Shown: positions 10,241 through 21,008, counted from the first letter of the stretch. The stretch: 64,000 bases of DNA from an uncultured Rivularia sp. (GCA_963665115.1 OY762007.1:1728001-1792000), one strand, 5' to 3'. Notes: a model not told the origin generated them from the letters alone. Translations and numbers: made by a program.

Positions 10241-11152
10241 TTGTACGAGATTGTAAAACGATTAGATGGAAGAACGCTAAAAGCATTTTTTCTAAATTCA
10301 TTGTCACAAATTATGAATCTATCTAATACTCTGAAACCAGTAGAAAGTAACCGTTCAAAAAGGATTGTTTATCCAAATCGTAATTTAAAAATACCAAACA
10401 CGACTTTATCTAGGTGGCGATGGAGACATCATTATTGGACAACTTATCGACTTCCAGACGGTACGAAAGTAATGAGCGCTCGTCAAACCGCACGATTAGT
10501 AGGACAATTGAAAGCGGATGTTATAGATTTTGTGCAATCCAATAATTTAGAAACAATCGATGTCAAAATTCCTTCTCAAGTTGTTATTAATGCAATTACT
10601 TTACCCGCAATCGCAACTTATTTACAGCATCTTCTCGAAGGAGGTAAATTAAAGCATCATCGATTATCTCTATGTCGTGAAGAATGGAAAGATTTTATAG
10701 ACGGATTAAATTTTAGATCGCAGAAAGACTTTGTTTTACCAAATCCCTGCTTTTTTAAAAGTAGTTCTTTAGTAAAAAGAGCAAATCCAATTAAAATTCA
10801 ACTTAACGATGAGATTAATTTGGAAGTTTTGGTGTTAGCAACTGGAGAATATCGGATTTCATATGCACAGGGATTGCAGTGTATTGAAATGAATTATGAT
10901 TGGTTGATGGACAATTCACCTAAAAAAGCTAGAATGCTTTCTAAAATGGGGATATCTCACCAAGCTATCGAATGTCGATTTATTACTGAACTTGGAGTAG
11001 TACAAGTGCATACTTTTAGTTGTAATGATTGGCTCAGAATATGGGAGCATTTCGCGAAGAAGAGCAATAAAACTGCTATCAAGGTTTTGAAAGCTTGTGC
11101 GGAAGAGAATATTTCGACGAGGGTTGAGAAGGTTCTGTCTATTGATTTATAA
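10241..11152 (+). CDS. Hypothetical protein with an internal duplication, possibly phage antirepressor-like DNA binding
   Basis: YRLPDGTKVMS and VLATGEYRIS segments resemble each other; true start probably the downstream Met. Confidence 0.45.
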   Translation: MYEIVKRLDGRTLKAFFLNSLSQIMNLSNTLKPVESNRSKRIVYPNRNLKIPNTTLSRWRWRHHYWTTYRLPDGTKVMSARQTARLVGQLKADVIDFVQSNNLETIDVKIPSQVVINAITLPAIATYLQHLLEGGKLKHHRLSLCREEWKDFIDGLNFRSQKDFVLPNPCFFKSSSLVKRANPIKIQLNDEINLEVLVLATGEYRISYAQGLQCIEMNYDWLMDNSPKKARMLSKMGISHQAIECRFITELGVVQVHTFSCNDWLRIWEHFAKKSNKTAIKVLKACAEENISTRVEKVLSIDL

Positions 11153-11240
11153 GTTATTGATAGAAAAGTAGTATGGTATTTTTGAAGAGCTTAAAGATTA
11201 AAAATGACGTGCTTGAGGTAGCTATTGTTAGTTAATAGTG

Positions 11241-11785
11241 TTATTCAACATTTTTCAAAGTTATATTAGATGGATTTTTTAAAATAAAAGCATCATTCTC
11301 TTTAATCAAATCGCCTTGACAAGTGATTGTTAAGCGTTCTTGATAAGCCTTAATTGCTAAAATATAATCGTGTTTTTTAAATTCAGCTTTTATTTTTCTT
11401 AGCTTATCAACTACTACACCCATCAAGGTTACTTCACCATCCAAATGTTTCGACAATGGTTCGTCAATTTGTATCACAACACCTTGAACGGTAACGTTAT
11501 GAATAATAGTAATAAGTTCGCTGGTGGATATCAAGCTGAGAACGATTCTCTACTTTTTCTAAAATTTCCATAACTTCATACATACGGCGCGGGTAGTCAT
11601 CAAAAGTAGGGTCTAATGGTAAATAAATTTTCAATTTGTCGTCGGAGAAAGTATCTCTAGTCCATCCCGATACTTCATTGGGTACGCGAGTCCTTTCATG
11701 CCAACCTTTAGACTTTAGATAACTTGCAACTTGACATGGTTCGTGCATAGTTAAGTATTTCAACATCATTAACGATTGCTTTCAT
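11241..11785 (-). pseudogene. Hypothetical protein split by two frameshifts
   Basis: ATG at 11785 (MKAIVNDVEIL) plus overlapping ORFs 11497..11769 and 11241..11534 join into one plausible protein. Confidence 0.55.
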
Positions 11786-11887
11786 AACTGACCTTAAATA
11801 CATAAAATAACTATCGAACAGAATATAATTTTAATTGGAGTATTTTGTTTAATTTGTATTAATAAAAACTAAAATTAATATATGTTT

Positions 11888-12388
11888 TTACTGTAATAAC
11901 TTTAAAATCTCCTTCACCGGTGCTTTACTTTCTTCCAATTGCTGGACTTGGGGTAGTAATCGCTTGGGAATATAAGTACTTTTGGAAATTACTTTTTCGC
12001 CACTTTTTAGCTGCCAATCATACCAAGCCTGTTGGTACTGTTTACCATTCTTCTTGGTAAGTATTCGCATCTGAATTCTGCCAGTACCGTCACCTTTACA
12101 CCGACGTATGTTTAAAGATGGCTGATAAGACCTGATTGATTGACTTTCTAACTCTGTAAGGATAGAAATATCTGAGACTTGAAACCAGGCAATCTTAACA
12201 TTACCTGTATTCGCTAATTCTCTACACCGCTCATGCCGAAACCATCTGCTATTGAGATTTACTGTTGAGCCAATATAGAGAATTTGTTTATTTTCACTGA
12301 TTACAAAGTAAATAGCTGCACATTTAGGTAAAGCCCTATTCCAAGTTAACGGCAATGACGGAAGCTTGAATGGGTCTATAATATTCAT
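11888..12388 (-). CDS. GIY-YIG nuclease with a C-terminal domain shared with the neighbouring methyltransferase
   Basis: AIYF...LYIG...R..RH...E...PSLN motifs. Confidence 0.85.
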   Translation of the reverse strand: MNIIDPFKLPSLPLTWNRALPKCAAIYFVISENKQILYIGSTVNLNSRWFRHERCRELANTGNVKIAWFQVSDISILTELESQSIRSYQPSLNIRRCKGDGTGRIQMRILTKKNGKQYQQAWYDWQLKSGEKVISKSTYIPKRLLPQVQQLEESKAPVKEILKLLQ

Positions 12389-12703
12389 TTTGAAAAGGAT
12401 TTTAAATACAGTTTTTTAAATAGTTATCGAGAATTAAAAAATCGATAAAACTATATATTAATTTTACTATAAATAACCTGAAAATAAATATTAGCAGTTG
12501 AAATACATCTAAGTTTATGGCAACTTAAATCGATCTATTTTTAGGATATTTATTAACAGTGATAGTGGTCTAAGATGCACGCTAATTTTGGGTAATAAAC
12601 CAGCAATTATAATATTTATTTCACTGGAGCCTTCGCCTAATTTAATTTAATTATTCGCTCTCAAAGTAAGCAGCGAAAGCAAAATAATTTAATATTTTAA
12701 TAA

Positions 12704-14956
12704 CTACAGGTTTATTCCCAACAACTGTAATATTCCCCTTATTGGTTCTTTTTGTGCCTCCAACATCTGCACCTGGGATAATAACCTTTTTGGAATATAA
12801 GTACTTTTAGAAATTGTTTTTTCACCACTTTTTAGCTGCCAGTCGTACCACGGTTGCTGGTACTGTTTACCATTTTTCTTAGTAATAGTCCTCCAGTGTA
12901 TTCTACCTGTGCCTTCGCCGTAACTTCTTCGAGTAGTACTACCGGTTCGCTCAACAGGTAGCACTGGTGATGAGTTTTTCTCCAACTGAGTACTACCGGT
13001 TCGCTCAACAGGTAGTACCGATGATGAGTGTTGCTCCGACTGAGTACTACCGGTTCGCTCAACAGGTAGTACCGATGGTGAGTATTCCTCTAACTGAGTA
13101 CTACCTGTTCCAACAGGTAGTACTGATGGTGAGTTTTCCTCTAACTGAGTACTACCGGTTCCAACAGGTAGTACTGGTGGTGAGTGTTCCTCCGACTGAG
13201 TACTACCGGTTCGCTCAACAGGTAGTACCAATGGTGAGCGTTCCTTTAACTGAGTACTACCGGTTCGCTCAACAGGTAGTACCAATGGTGAGCGTTCCTT
13301 TAACTGAGTACTACCGGTTCGCTCAACAGGTAGTACCAATGGTGAGCGTTCCTCCAACTGAGTACTACCGGTTCGCTCAACAGGTAGTACCGATGATGAG
13401 TTTTCCTCCGAGTGAGTACTACCGGTTCGCTCAACAGGTAGTACTGATGATGAGTTTTCCTCCGAGTGAGTACTACCGGTTCCAACAGGTAGTACTGGTG
13501 GTGAGTGTTCCTCTGAGTGAGTACTACCGGTTCCAACAGGTAGTACTGGTGGTGAGTGTTCCTCTGAGTGAGTACTACCGGTTCCAACAGGTAGTACTGT
13601 ATCCTGGGTAGAAACATTTTTGTTAACCCACATAGATGCTGGTGGATAAACCACACCATAAGGGTCAAACACTTCCTTAAACCTTTCCCAATTTTCACCC
13701 CAGTAAACCAGACAGTGCGATTGCCGAGCTGATAATTTTGGCTTGTAACTCGTATCAAGAAATTTAATCCGACCAGTCCAAAAACAAACGGGTTGAGATT
13801 TCAGTAGTGGAGATAGCCACTTAGTATCCGTAGCAGCAGGAACTAGTGCGATAGCTTCCGTTACCCTTCCCGATTCAAATTCAGCTTGCAACTTTTTTAT
13901 CCACACACTTGGCGCAGAGTAGGGAGGATTCATAAATATACGTCCGTTCCACTCTTGAATTAAACCGTCATCAAGAACTGTGTAGTGCTGCGCTGCTCTT
14001 ATGTGCTTACCTTCATCCGCGCAAGGGTCAAGAGTAATTTGTCCAAGCACCTGAGTAACAAGATCAGACATATGAGGTGGAGTGTACCATTCGTCTGATG
14101 ATAATGATTTATTGCTAAGAGATCCCTGTCCCCTACTCCCTGCATTAGATTTTAAATAATCTTCTGATGGAATAGGAGTAGTTGTTTCCTGAGTCTTTAT
14201 TAATTCTGCTATTTCAGGATTAGATGGGAGAGTATCAACAGAAATATTGAATAGTCCTTGCTTACCCTTAACAGCAAACGGTTCTGTTATTGGTTGAATA
14301 TTTTCCAACTTCCATGCATAACGTCCAACTTCCCAATCACCACTCTTTATTTCTGTTTCTGATTGCTGGGTAATAAGCGAGGGTGTTATAGGGATGCAAT
14401 CTACTAAATCGCAAACGGCGATCGCCTTCCCACATGGAAAATTAATTTCGTTCCAATCTGGTAATTCGACGCTACTGCAAATCTTCCAATACTGTTGATA
14501 TTGCTTTTTAGTAAGTTTGGCTGTGGAGCAAATTAATAGCTTACCTCTATAATTGGTTTTCCAGCTTCTAGTCTCATACTGTTTTATACCCAAAGCAATC
14601 AATGAGCAATAAGGCTGCCATAAACTGATTGCTTTCAAGGAATGATTAAATAATCTAAGGCCAGATTCTTGCTCCCGTTGAATCGAGCTTCGAGGAGTTG
14701 GGGTTAATTCTTCTGTATCTGCTGATTTGACCGTTATAGATTCAGAAAATTTTGAATCAGATTGCTCAAATAAACTTTTGTTTTGAGGAGCTACAGTTTC
14801 GTCTTCCTCTCCCAAAACTTTGTTTTGCTCGATTTTGGGAAGACTGTGACCGTCTGGTTCATCCCAAGCAGGGTCATAAAAAACTTTATCCCAGTCGCGT
14901 TGAGTGCCTTGTTTTTCAAAGTCCTGATATAATTCAATGTCAAAAAGAGTTGTCAT
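12704..14956 (-). CDS. ASCH domain + phage-type DNA N6-adenine methyltransferase + tandem repeat + conserved C-terminal domain
   Basis: ASCH: ISLWQPY..LIALGIKQYETR. MTase: DEWYTP, LDPCA, NPPY. Likely ATG at 14956 (ORF open from 15028). Confidence 0.85.
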   Translation of the reverse strand: MTTLFDIELYQDFEKQGTQRDWDKVFYDPAWDEPDGHSLPKIEQNKVLGEEDETVAPQNKSLFEQSDSKFSESITVKSADTEELTPTPRSSIQREQESGLRLFNHSLKAISLWQPYCSLIALGIKQYETRSWKTNYRGKLLICSTAKLTKKQYQQYWKICSSVELPDWNEINFPCGKAIAVCDLVDCIPITPSLITQQSETEIKSGDWEVGRYAWKLENIQPITEPFAVKGKQGLFNISVDTLPSNPEIAELIKTQETTTPIPSEDYLKSNAGSRGQGSLSNKSLSSDEWYTPPHMSDLVTQVLGQITLDPCADEGKHIRAAQHYTVLDDGLIQEWNGRIFMNPPYSAPSVWIKKLQAEFESGRVTEAIALVPAATDTKWLSPLLKSQPVCFWTGRIKFLDTSYKPKLSARQSHCLVYWGENWERFKEVFDPYGVVYPPASMWVNKNVSTQDTVLPVGTGSTHSEEHSPPVLPVGTGSTHSEEHSPPVLPVGTGSTHSEENSSSVLPVERTGSTHSEENSSSVLPVERTGSTQLEERSPLVLPVERTGSTQLKERSPLVLPVERTGSTQLKERSPLVLPVERTGSTQSEEHSPPVLPVGTGSTQLEENSPSVLPVGTGSTQLEEYSPSVLPVERTGSTQSEQHSSSVLPVERTGSTQLEKNSSPVLPVERTGSTTRRSYGEGTGRIHWRTITKKNGKQYQQPWYDWQLKSGEKTISKSTYIPKRLLSQVQMLEAQKEPIRGILQLLGINL
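12935..13598. repeat. 13-unit tandem array (51/54 bp) of palindromic repeats inside the MTase gene
   Basis: Each unit has AGTACTACCgGTT-(CC or CGCTC)-AACaGGTAGTAC plus a semi-variable linker; 13 VLPV units in the protein. Confidence 0.95.
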
Positions 14957-15242
14957 TTTGATATCTTCCTTACGGATGAATCCTCTACCAACTAGGAGCA
15001 AACACACTTGATTCTTAAATAGAAGCAAAAATAAGAGCTATTGCTATATAGCCGTCAACTATTTAACTTGATATTTTTTAGTTCGGGAGAATATGCTTTC
15101 TTTATTGCGCTTAGTCGCAATACGAAGTCGCAACCTGCTTAATCTGGTAGCATTAAATTATTCGCCGAGAATCTCTATTGTGAGTTAGCTACTTATAGAA
15201 TTATATAATTAAACGGTTAAAAATTATATTTATTATATAAAG

Positions 15243-15590
15243 ATGGATTACAGAAAAGCTTTTATTCAAACACTGAAAAAATTTGGTATACCTGCAAAAT
15301 CTTTGGCACTTAGTAGTGGAGTACAAGAATGTCAGATTAGCCAATTTAGGAAAGGTAAAGATTTGATGGCTGAAACTCTTTTCAACTTGATAGCTGCACT
15401 ACCAAGTGATGCAAAGATTTATTACTTTTCTCTTTTAAATGGGGAGTCAATGTTAGACACGGTTGATTTGCGATCGCTAATTGGTTCGATGTCGATAGAG
15501 CGCAAGTCTGAGGTATTGAATTTAATTGCTAATTCCTTAGTAGAAAATCAAGCGAAAACTGAATCTGCTTCACTAATACAAGCGGTATAG
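15243..15590 (+). CDS. XRE/Cro-CI family HTH regulator
   Basis: AKSLALSSGV...ISQFRKG HTH; divergent from the MTase gene. Confidence 0.75.
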   Translation: MDYRKAFIQTLKKFGIPAKSLALSSGVQECQISQFRKGKDLMAETLFNLIAALPSDAKIYYFSLLNGESMLDTVDLRSLIGSMSIERKSEVLNLIANSLVENQAKTESASLIQAV

Positions 15591-15625
15591 GTTATTAGAG
15601 CTAGCTATTGTTTATAGTTATAATC

Positions 15626-17228
15626 TTATACCGCATCGCCCCAAAAGGAAGTAATAGCAGGGGCAAACACCGACGTATCTTCACTACTAGCAGGTTGTGA
15701 AAAATACTTAGCACGGTTGGCAATAGCCAAAATTCTATCAGTATCCCTGACATACAACGGCACCATCGAGTCCCGTTGTTCCAATAATTCATTCAAACTA
15801 ATATTCATTTTAAGCCCCTGGTGAAACAATTTGCGAGCAGCTTTCTCCACCATCCGAGCTAATTCCGCACCAGTACAGTTAACAGTATTATTCAGAATAA
15901 TCCGCCATTCCTTCTGTGTAAGCACATCACTATCCTTATAGCGCTTATCAAATCTTGCCAAATGCATCATCAAAATTTCCTTACGCTCGTAAGCTTGAGG
16001 GAATCCCACATAAAATATTTCATCAAATCTTCCCATCCTGGTTAACTCAGGTGGTAACACATCAATTCTATTGAGAGTCGCAACCACAAACACCGCAGTT
16101 TTTTTATCCTGCAACCAAGTAAGTAGAGTTCCTAAAATCTGTGTAGAATTAGTATCTTCCCCACCTGTATCTGAGGTAGAAAACAATTTATCCAACTCAT
16201 CAAAATAAAGCACTACAGGAGCGCAAGCTTCTACCCGTTTTAAAGTACGCTTCAAATACGTAGCACCACCGCTTACAAAGGCTGCGGTATCTATACTGAC
16301 AAGAGGAAAACCCAGAACAGAAGCACAGACATTTGCAGCAAGAGTTTTACCAGTTCCAGGTGGTCCCTACTAACAAACATCCCTTGGGAAGAGGAATATT
16401 CGCTTTCCTAGCTTCCGTCGAAAAATCTAGCTTCGCTTGGAGGGTGAACTTCTTGAATAAATCTAAACCGCCGAAATCAGGTACGCTTGGCTTTGAAACA
16501 AAATTCAAATTCAAAGAACGAAAACGATAAATCTTGTAAGCTAAAAGTTGTTTTAATAAGTCATGAATATTTGTTGTCTCTTCAGGACGAATAGCAATTT
16601 TTAATCCCAAGCGAATTTCTTCAATAGTCAGACCAGAAGCAGCATTTACTAGGCTCGATATATTAGTTTTGTCCGTCAAACATGGTAACTCTTTTTTGAG
16701 GTAATCAGCGATATCCTTCTCAGAAGGTAATGGATTGTATAAAGTTGGAATTAAACTAGCAAGAGTTGAGGGTATTTCAACATTATCTGTGGTCAAAATG
16801 ATTAGTTTTTTGAAGAAACTATTATTTTCAAGTTCATAGTAGATATTAATGATTTTTGATATGAGTTTATGAGAAAAAAAATTATCTTCTTTTGACGCAT
16901 CATTTCCTAAAGAGAATAGATTTTCAAAGACAAATATTCCTTCTCTTTCAGAATCCATTAAAAACTCAAAAACATCAAAAACATCTAGGTCGTGCTTGCA
17001 TAAACAACTAGAATGTATAGCTTCAAAATCTACTTTATCTTCCGAATTACAATTTACTTGTTCCATGCATCCCCAGCCAGAATTCCATAAATATACAGGA
17101 ACATTTTTTAGAGAAGCACTGTTTCTTATAATCGACCCTAAAACAGTTGCACGTTCTCTGGTTGAAGCAGTTACGTTAATTACAGGAACACCTGAATCAA
17201 TCAATACGTTTAAATAAGATAATTCCAT
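15626..17228 (-). CDS. AAA+ ATPase (Ycf46-like), frameshifted within Walker A near 16365
   Basis: DFGGLD, PKGCLLVG then PPGTGK in the shifted frame, FDELDK, ELTRMGRFDE. Confidence 0.85.
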
Positions 17229-17230
17229 GT

Positions 17231-17402
17231 TAGAAGGCAGGAGGTAAAGGGCAGAGGGCAGGAGGTAAGAAGATAAATAAATATCTTAAAACTTCCTACA
17301 GAAAATATGCACGAAGAATACTTGTATAATTAGCTGACCATTATTAATAGTTATTCCATCATTAATTCCCTCCTGCCTTCTGCCACCTGCCTACTGCCTT
17401 CG
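17231..17402. repeat. Inverted pair of AGGCAGR/CTGCCTY heptamer (STRR) arrays
   Basis: gaaggcaggagg.. at ~17233-17270 and cctcctgccttctgcc.. at ~17368-17402. Confidence 0.8.
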
Positions 17403-18754
17403 ACCTGTGACGGTTGCAGCTTTGGTAAGATTTGTTCAAAATACGTTAAATCTTTCTGACTCATATTACTTTTGAGCTTTCCCCCATCCTTTTCTAACAA
17501 CACACCACGTCCATCTTTAGCTTCAATATGCACGTTTCCTTCCGGACTAGCTCGCCATTTATAGGAAAAAACACCATCTATTTCAACTTCTTTTTGTTGA
17601 GCTATAGCATATTGCACCAGAGCATTAGTCACTCTTTCTACGCTCTTAAAATACTCAGCTTCTTGTTTACCTATAGGAGTAAAGGTTGTAGGTAGAGGTT
17701 CATTTTTCTTAAGAGAATGTTGTAAAGTACTAATGTCTTGAATTTCTGTACTATCCAAATTTCCTTTCTCAACTTTCAAGCCTAAAGGAGTTGAACGGAA
17801 CTGCATTAATAGTTTCCCTGTTGAAGAGTTGGATACTTCATACTTTGTACCTTGACGGGAAATTTGGTATTCTCCAGCAGTATATTGATTTACTCCGGGT
17901 TGCGTTTGGAGATGAAATAAAGTTTTTAGGGATGCAGCACCCTTATGTTGTACGGAATTTTCTTTGAATTCTCGTATCCCTAGTTTAATAGCAGAAGTCA
18001 CGCCTTGAACGACAGTTGAAACATTGTTAACAGCTTGTTGCCACCATGAAGTATTTTTGGGTTGCCGTAACCTTTGTTCAATTAGTTCTTGATAAAAATG
18101 ACGTTCTTGTTCTAATGCTTTTAACTCAGTTTTTAACTGTTCAACTTCAGCCAGTAAGATATTTTTTAAAGGACTATCTTCTAAAAATTGAAGTGACTCT
18201 TTAACTCGTGTTGAGCCATTAGTAAGTGGTAAATTTGCATCCTCTTTAACTGAAGATGGATGATTATTTGATTCAGCGTTTATAAAATCACCTTCATGAA
18301 TTTGGTTTAAGTCTTGACGCTCTTTAACATAATTATTTTCTTTGACAACTTCTGGTTTATTTTGACTTAGATTTGTCTCAGCACCGATTAAATTATTTAC
18401 AAGTACTTTACCACTTTCATCACTCTGTAAAATAACTTGTCCGTTTAATTCAACTCTTTTATTATTTACTCCTTCTAGGACATCACCAACAGGTGTAGAG
18501 CGTAATTGTTGAAGTTCGCTAATTAATTGAGGATTTAAAAGCTGTCCCGATATCCCAGAAATTTCGTCTCTAAATTGATTATTATCTCGTCCGTAAACTA
18601 ACCTATCACCATCAAATATTTTTAAGTCTTGTCGCTGATTATCTCCCAAATTTTTAACATCTAGTAACGTTCGTAATAAAGTTTCAATTATCTGCTCGTA
18701 ATGCTGTTGAATAGCAGTTGCATCTCCGGAGTTTAATGTAAATATATCACTCAT
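17351..18754 (-). CDS. Hypothetical coiled-coil protein of the transfer region
   Basis: 467-aa ORF in the operon, no recognisable motif. Confidence 0.6.
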   Translation of the reverse strand: MSDIFTLNSGDATAIQQHYEQIIETLLRTLLDVKNLGDNQRQDLKIFDGDRLVYGRDNNQFRDEISGISGQLLNPQLISELQQLRSTPVGDVLEGVNNKRVELNGQVILQSDESGKVLVNNLIGAETNLSQNKPEVVKENNYVKERQDLNQIHEGDFINAESNNHPSSVKEDANLPLTNGSTRVKESLQFLEDSPLKNILLAEVEQLKTELKALEQERHFYQELIEQRLRQPKNTSWWQQAVNNVSTVVQGVTSAIKLGIREFKENSVQHKGAASLKTLFHLQTQPGVNQYTAGEYQISRQGTKYEVSNSSTGKLLMQFRSTPLGLKVEKGNLDSTEIQDISTLQHSLKKNEPLPTTFTPIGKQEAEYFKSVERVTNALVQYAIAQQKEVEIDGVFSYKWRASPEGNVHIEAKDGRGVLLEKDGGKLKSNMSQKDLTYFEQILPKLQPSQVEGSRQVAEGRRELMME

Positions 18755-19122
18755 TGTGTTAACTCCTCATGCATTGGCATACGATTCAGAAGAATCTTTT
18801 CATCCAAATAAAAAATTGCTAATTCTCCATCGAACATCCAAGCTATAAACTGACTCTCCTGATTACTATTTCTCACACATTCATAGCATCCAAATTTATT
18901 AATCCTGCCAGCTAATAAGCCATACTGGTCAAATATTTCTATAACAAAAGGACAGTAACCTGTTTCAAACAATGGTTTTTTTATAGCTTCAATTAACGTT
19001 TTATGCCATGAAGGATAATTCATTAAAATAGATGAAATATCTGGACTAAAATTTGTAGAAGAGGCAGGAGGCAGAGGGCAGGAGGCAGAAGGTATAGTAC
19101 TTGTTTTATTAGATATATTCAT
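18751..19122 (-). CDS. Hypothetical protein
   Basis: 123 aa, ATGA overlap with the next gene; N-terminus includes an STRR-encoded peptide. Confidence 0.55.
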   Translation of the reverse strand: MNISNKTSTIPSASCPLPPASSTNFSPDISSILMNYPSWHKTLIEAIKKPLFETGYCPFVIEIFDQYGLLAGRINKFGCYECVRNSNQESQFIAWMFDGELAIFYLDEKILLNRMPMHEELTQ

Positions 19123-19307
19123 TTATTTAACCTTAAGTAAAAGACATAGTTGATAATTTTTAGTTCTTGTAAAGTGAGGTTATTTAAGTCCCGTTACTAC
19201 ATTGGATTTACAGTTTGGATTTAAGGTATTAACATTTGGTTTAAAACTTCTTTTCCTCCATCCCTCCTTCTTTCCCTCCTGCCCTCTGCCACCTGCCTCC
19301 TGCCTTC
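19058..19307. repeat. Inverted pair of STRR heptamer arrays
   Basis: gaggcaggaggcagagggcagg at ~19060-19092 and cctcctgccctctgccacctgcctcctgccttc at ~19275-19306. Confidence 0.8.
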
Positions 19308-19309
19308 AT

Positions 19310-20428
19310 TTAAAACACACTCGCAAGTTCTTGAGGAGAAGGTATAGTTCCGGGTTTTTCGGGTAATGGAAATAATTTTTCTGCCAATTGAACTCTTTCT
19401 AAAAACTGATTAGAACGTTCCGAATCACTTACCTTTACAGAATTATTCTGAATCAATCTTTCTCGCAGTAAGTTCCATTTACCCTCAGACCAATTCATCT
19501 GCTGAATATCAGATAAAGGAACCTTTATTTTTTGCAACAACGGAACATAAGCCTCTGTACCCCTCTGGTAAGCTGGGTTAATAATTACCGCTTTACCAGT
19601 ACCCATTTTGGCAAACTGGGCTGGTTCTAATAAATGCCTTTTCTGATGATGCTCGTTAGTACTGCGAGAACCCCCACCTTTACCCATACTGCGAGATTTG
19701 GAATTAAACTGAATTTCCATTTCTCCTAGATAATCGCTGAACAACTTGGCTGATTCCGTATCTTGGGGGTTAAATATAAACTTAGTTGCAGTTCCCCCAA
19801 AAATAGCTCTTGTTAATTCCTTACCGTAAACTTTCTCCAACTGAGCAATATTCTGATATCCTAAAATCCCTACAAACCCATCTTCCCTATTTTCATTCAG
19901 CCAATTTACTAACGCTGGCAAGTACAAAGTTGGTAATTCGTCCAAAGCCACAATCAAAGGGTCAGAACGCGGTACGGTACGCGATACATTACGAGTCACA
20001 ATCATATGTAAGATAGCCGCAATCCCTCTTTGAGCATCAGGTACATATAAGGTTCTGTTTGGTTCTTTCAACATATGTAGTTGTCTTCTGAACGTGGCTT
20101 TAGTTTTGATTAAACCAGCATCACGCCATTGTTTTTCAAGCTTAGAAGTAATGAAAGTTGGAGTACCCACATAAAGCGCTACTGAGTTTCGGATTGGCTT
20201 GGCAATCTGAAAAGTAGCTTTATGTTTAGCCTTGTTTTTCTCGCGTTTACCTCCCCAGTAACTGGTTGCTACTTTACCTTTATGATTGCGACCGGACAGG
20301 AAGTTGAAAATGGCGATCGCCAAAAAACAGCCCATAAGAATTAACCCAGATTCTGACTTCATCAAATCCGCTAATCTTTCAATCTGTAAAGTTGGTGGTG
20401 TCGTCGTTGTCTGTCGTATTGCTGTCAT
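19310..20428 (-). pseudogene. virD4: Type IV coupling protein VirD4/TraD-like with an in-frame internal deletion removing Walker A
   Basis: TM N-terminus, PDAQRGIA joined directly to AILHMIV...ALDELP, then QNIAQL and SA.LFS..LG; no GxxGxGK[ST]; only 372 aa. Confidence 0.75.
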
Positions 20429-20985
20429 GGTTTAATTTTTTGTTCGATAGTTGTCCAACTCTCGTGGAAGTGCGTATACCTGCCAAGGTCAAAACAATAT
20501 TGGTTTTCAGATACCATTTTTTTCATCGTTGTATGTTGACTAAAAACCAGACAAGGAAAAGGTTTAAAAAAACTATCATCAACTTTTATTAACTGTTGAG
20601 GTGGTGGTAAATTTGGATTAGCAATTATTTGTAAAAGACGTTCTCCCTCCGAGCGATAAACTTCATATAAACAGCCACCGACACCACATAACTCAGGTGA
20701 ACGATAATCAAATACAAATAATTCACCACCGCTATCTAATGATATTTTCAGAACTTTGATTGATTTTTTGTCTAACTTAGTTTCTGGGAGAGAAGATTTT
20801 ACTTGTGCAAGTAGAGGTTGAGGAACAACATCAACAGCATTTTGCCAATTATATTCAAAATCTTTTACTTTTTTATTAGATGATGGTGTTTTCAGCATCC
20901 ATAATAAAATAGGAGCCGAAATAAAAAACAAAACTATACATGATATTTGAAAACAAATAATCTTTTTGCGGAGTTGTTTTTTCAT
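20425..20985 (-). CDS. Exported hypothetical protein of the T4SS operon
   Basis: N-terminal TM segment, LCGVGGCLY motif. Confidence 0.6.
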   Translation of the reverse strand: MKKQLRKKIICFQISCIVLFFISAPILLWMLKTPSSNKKVKDFEYNWQNAVDVVPQPLLAQVKSSLPETKLDKKSIKVLKISLDSGGELFVFDYRSPELCGVGGCLYEVYRSEGERLLQIIANPNLPPPQQLIKVDDSFFKPFPCLVFSQHTTMKKMVSENQYCFDLGRYTHFHESWTTIEQKIKP

Positions 20986-21008
20986 ATTAAAGATAATAGT
21001 TAAATTTT

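Noticed and set aside
12935..13598. CRISPR array
   Set aside because: The linkers are near-copies of each other, the array is in frame within a gene, and no cas genes or leader are present
12832..13758. ORFs 12832..13062, 12967..13611 and 13300..13758
   Set aside because: Alternative-frame shadows of the tandem repeat
16333..16380. Programmed ribosomal frameshift in the AAA ATPase
   Set aside because: No slippery heptamer or stimulatory structure; an extra G is better explained as an indel
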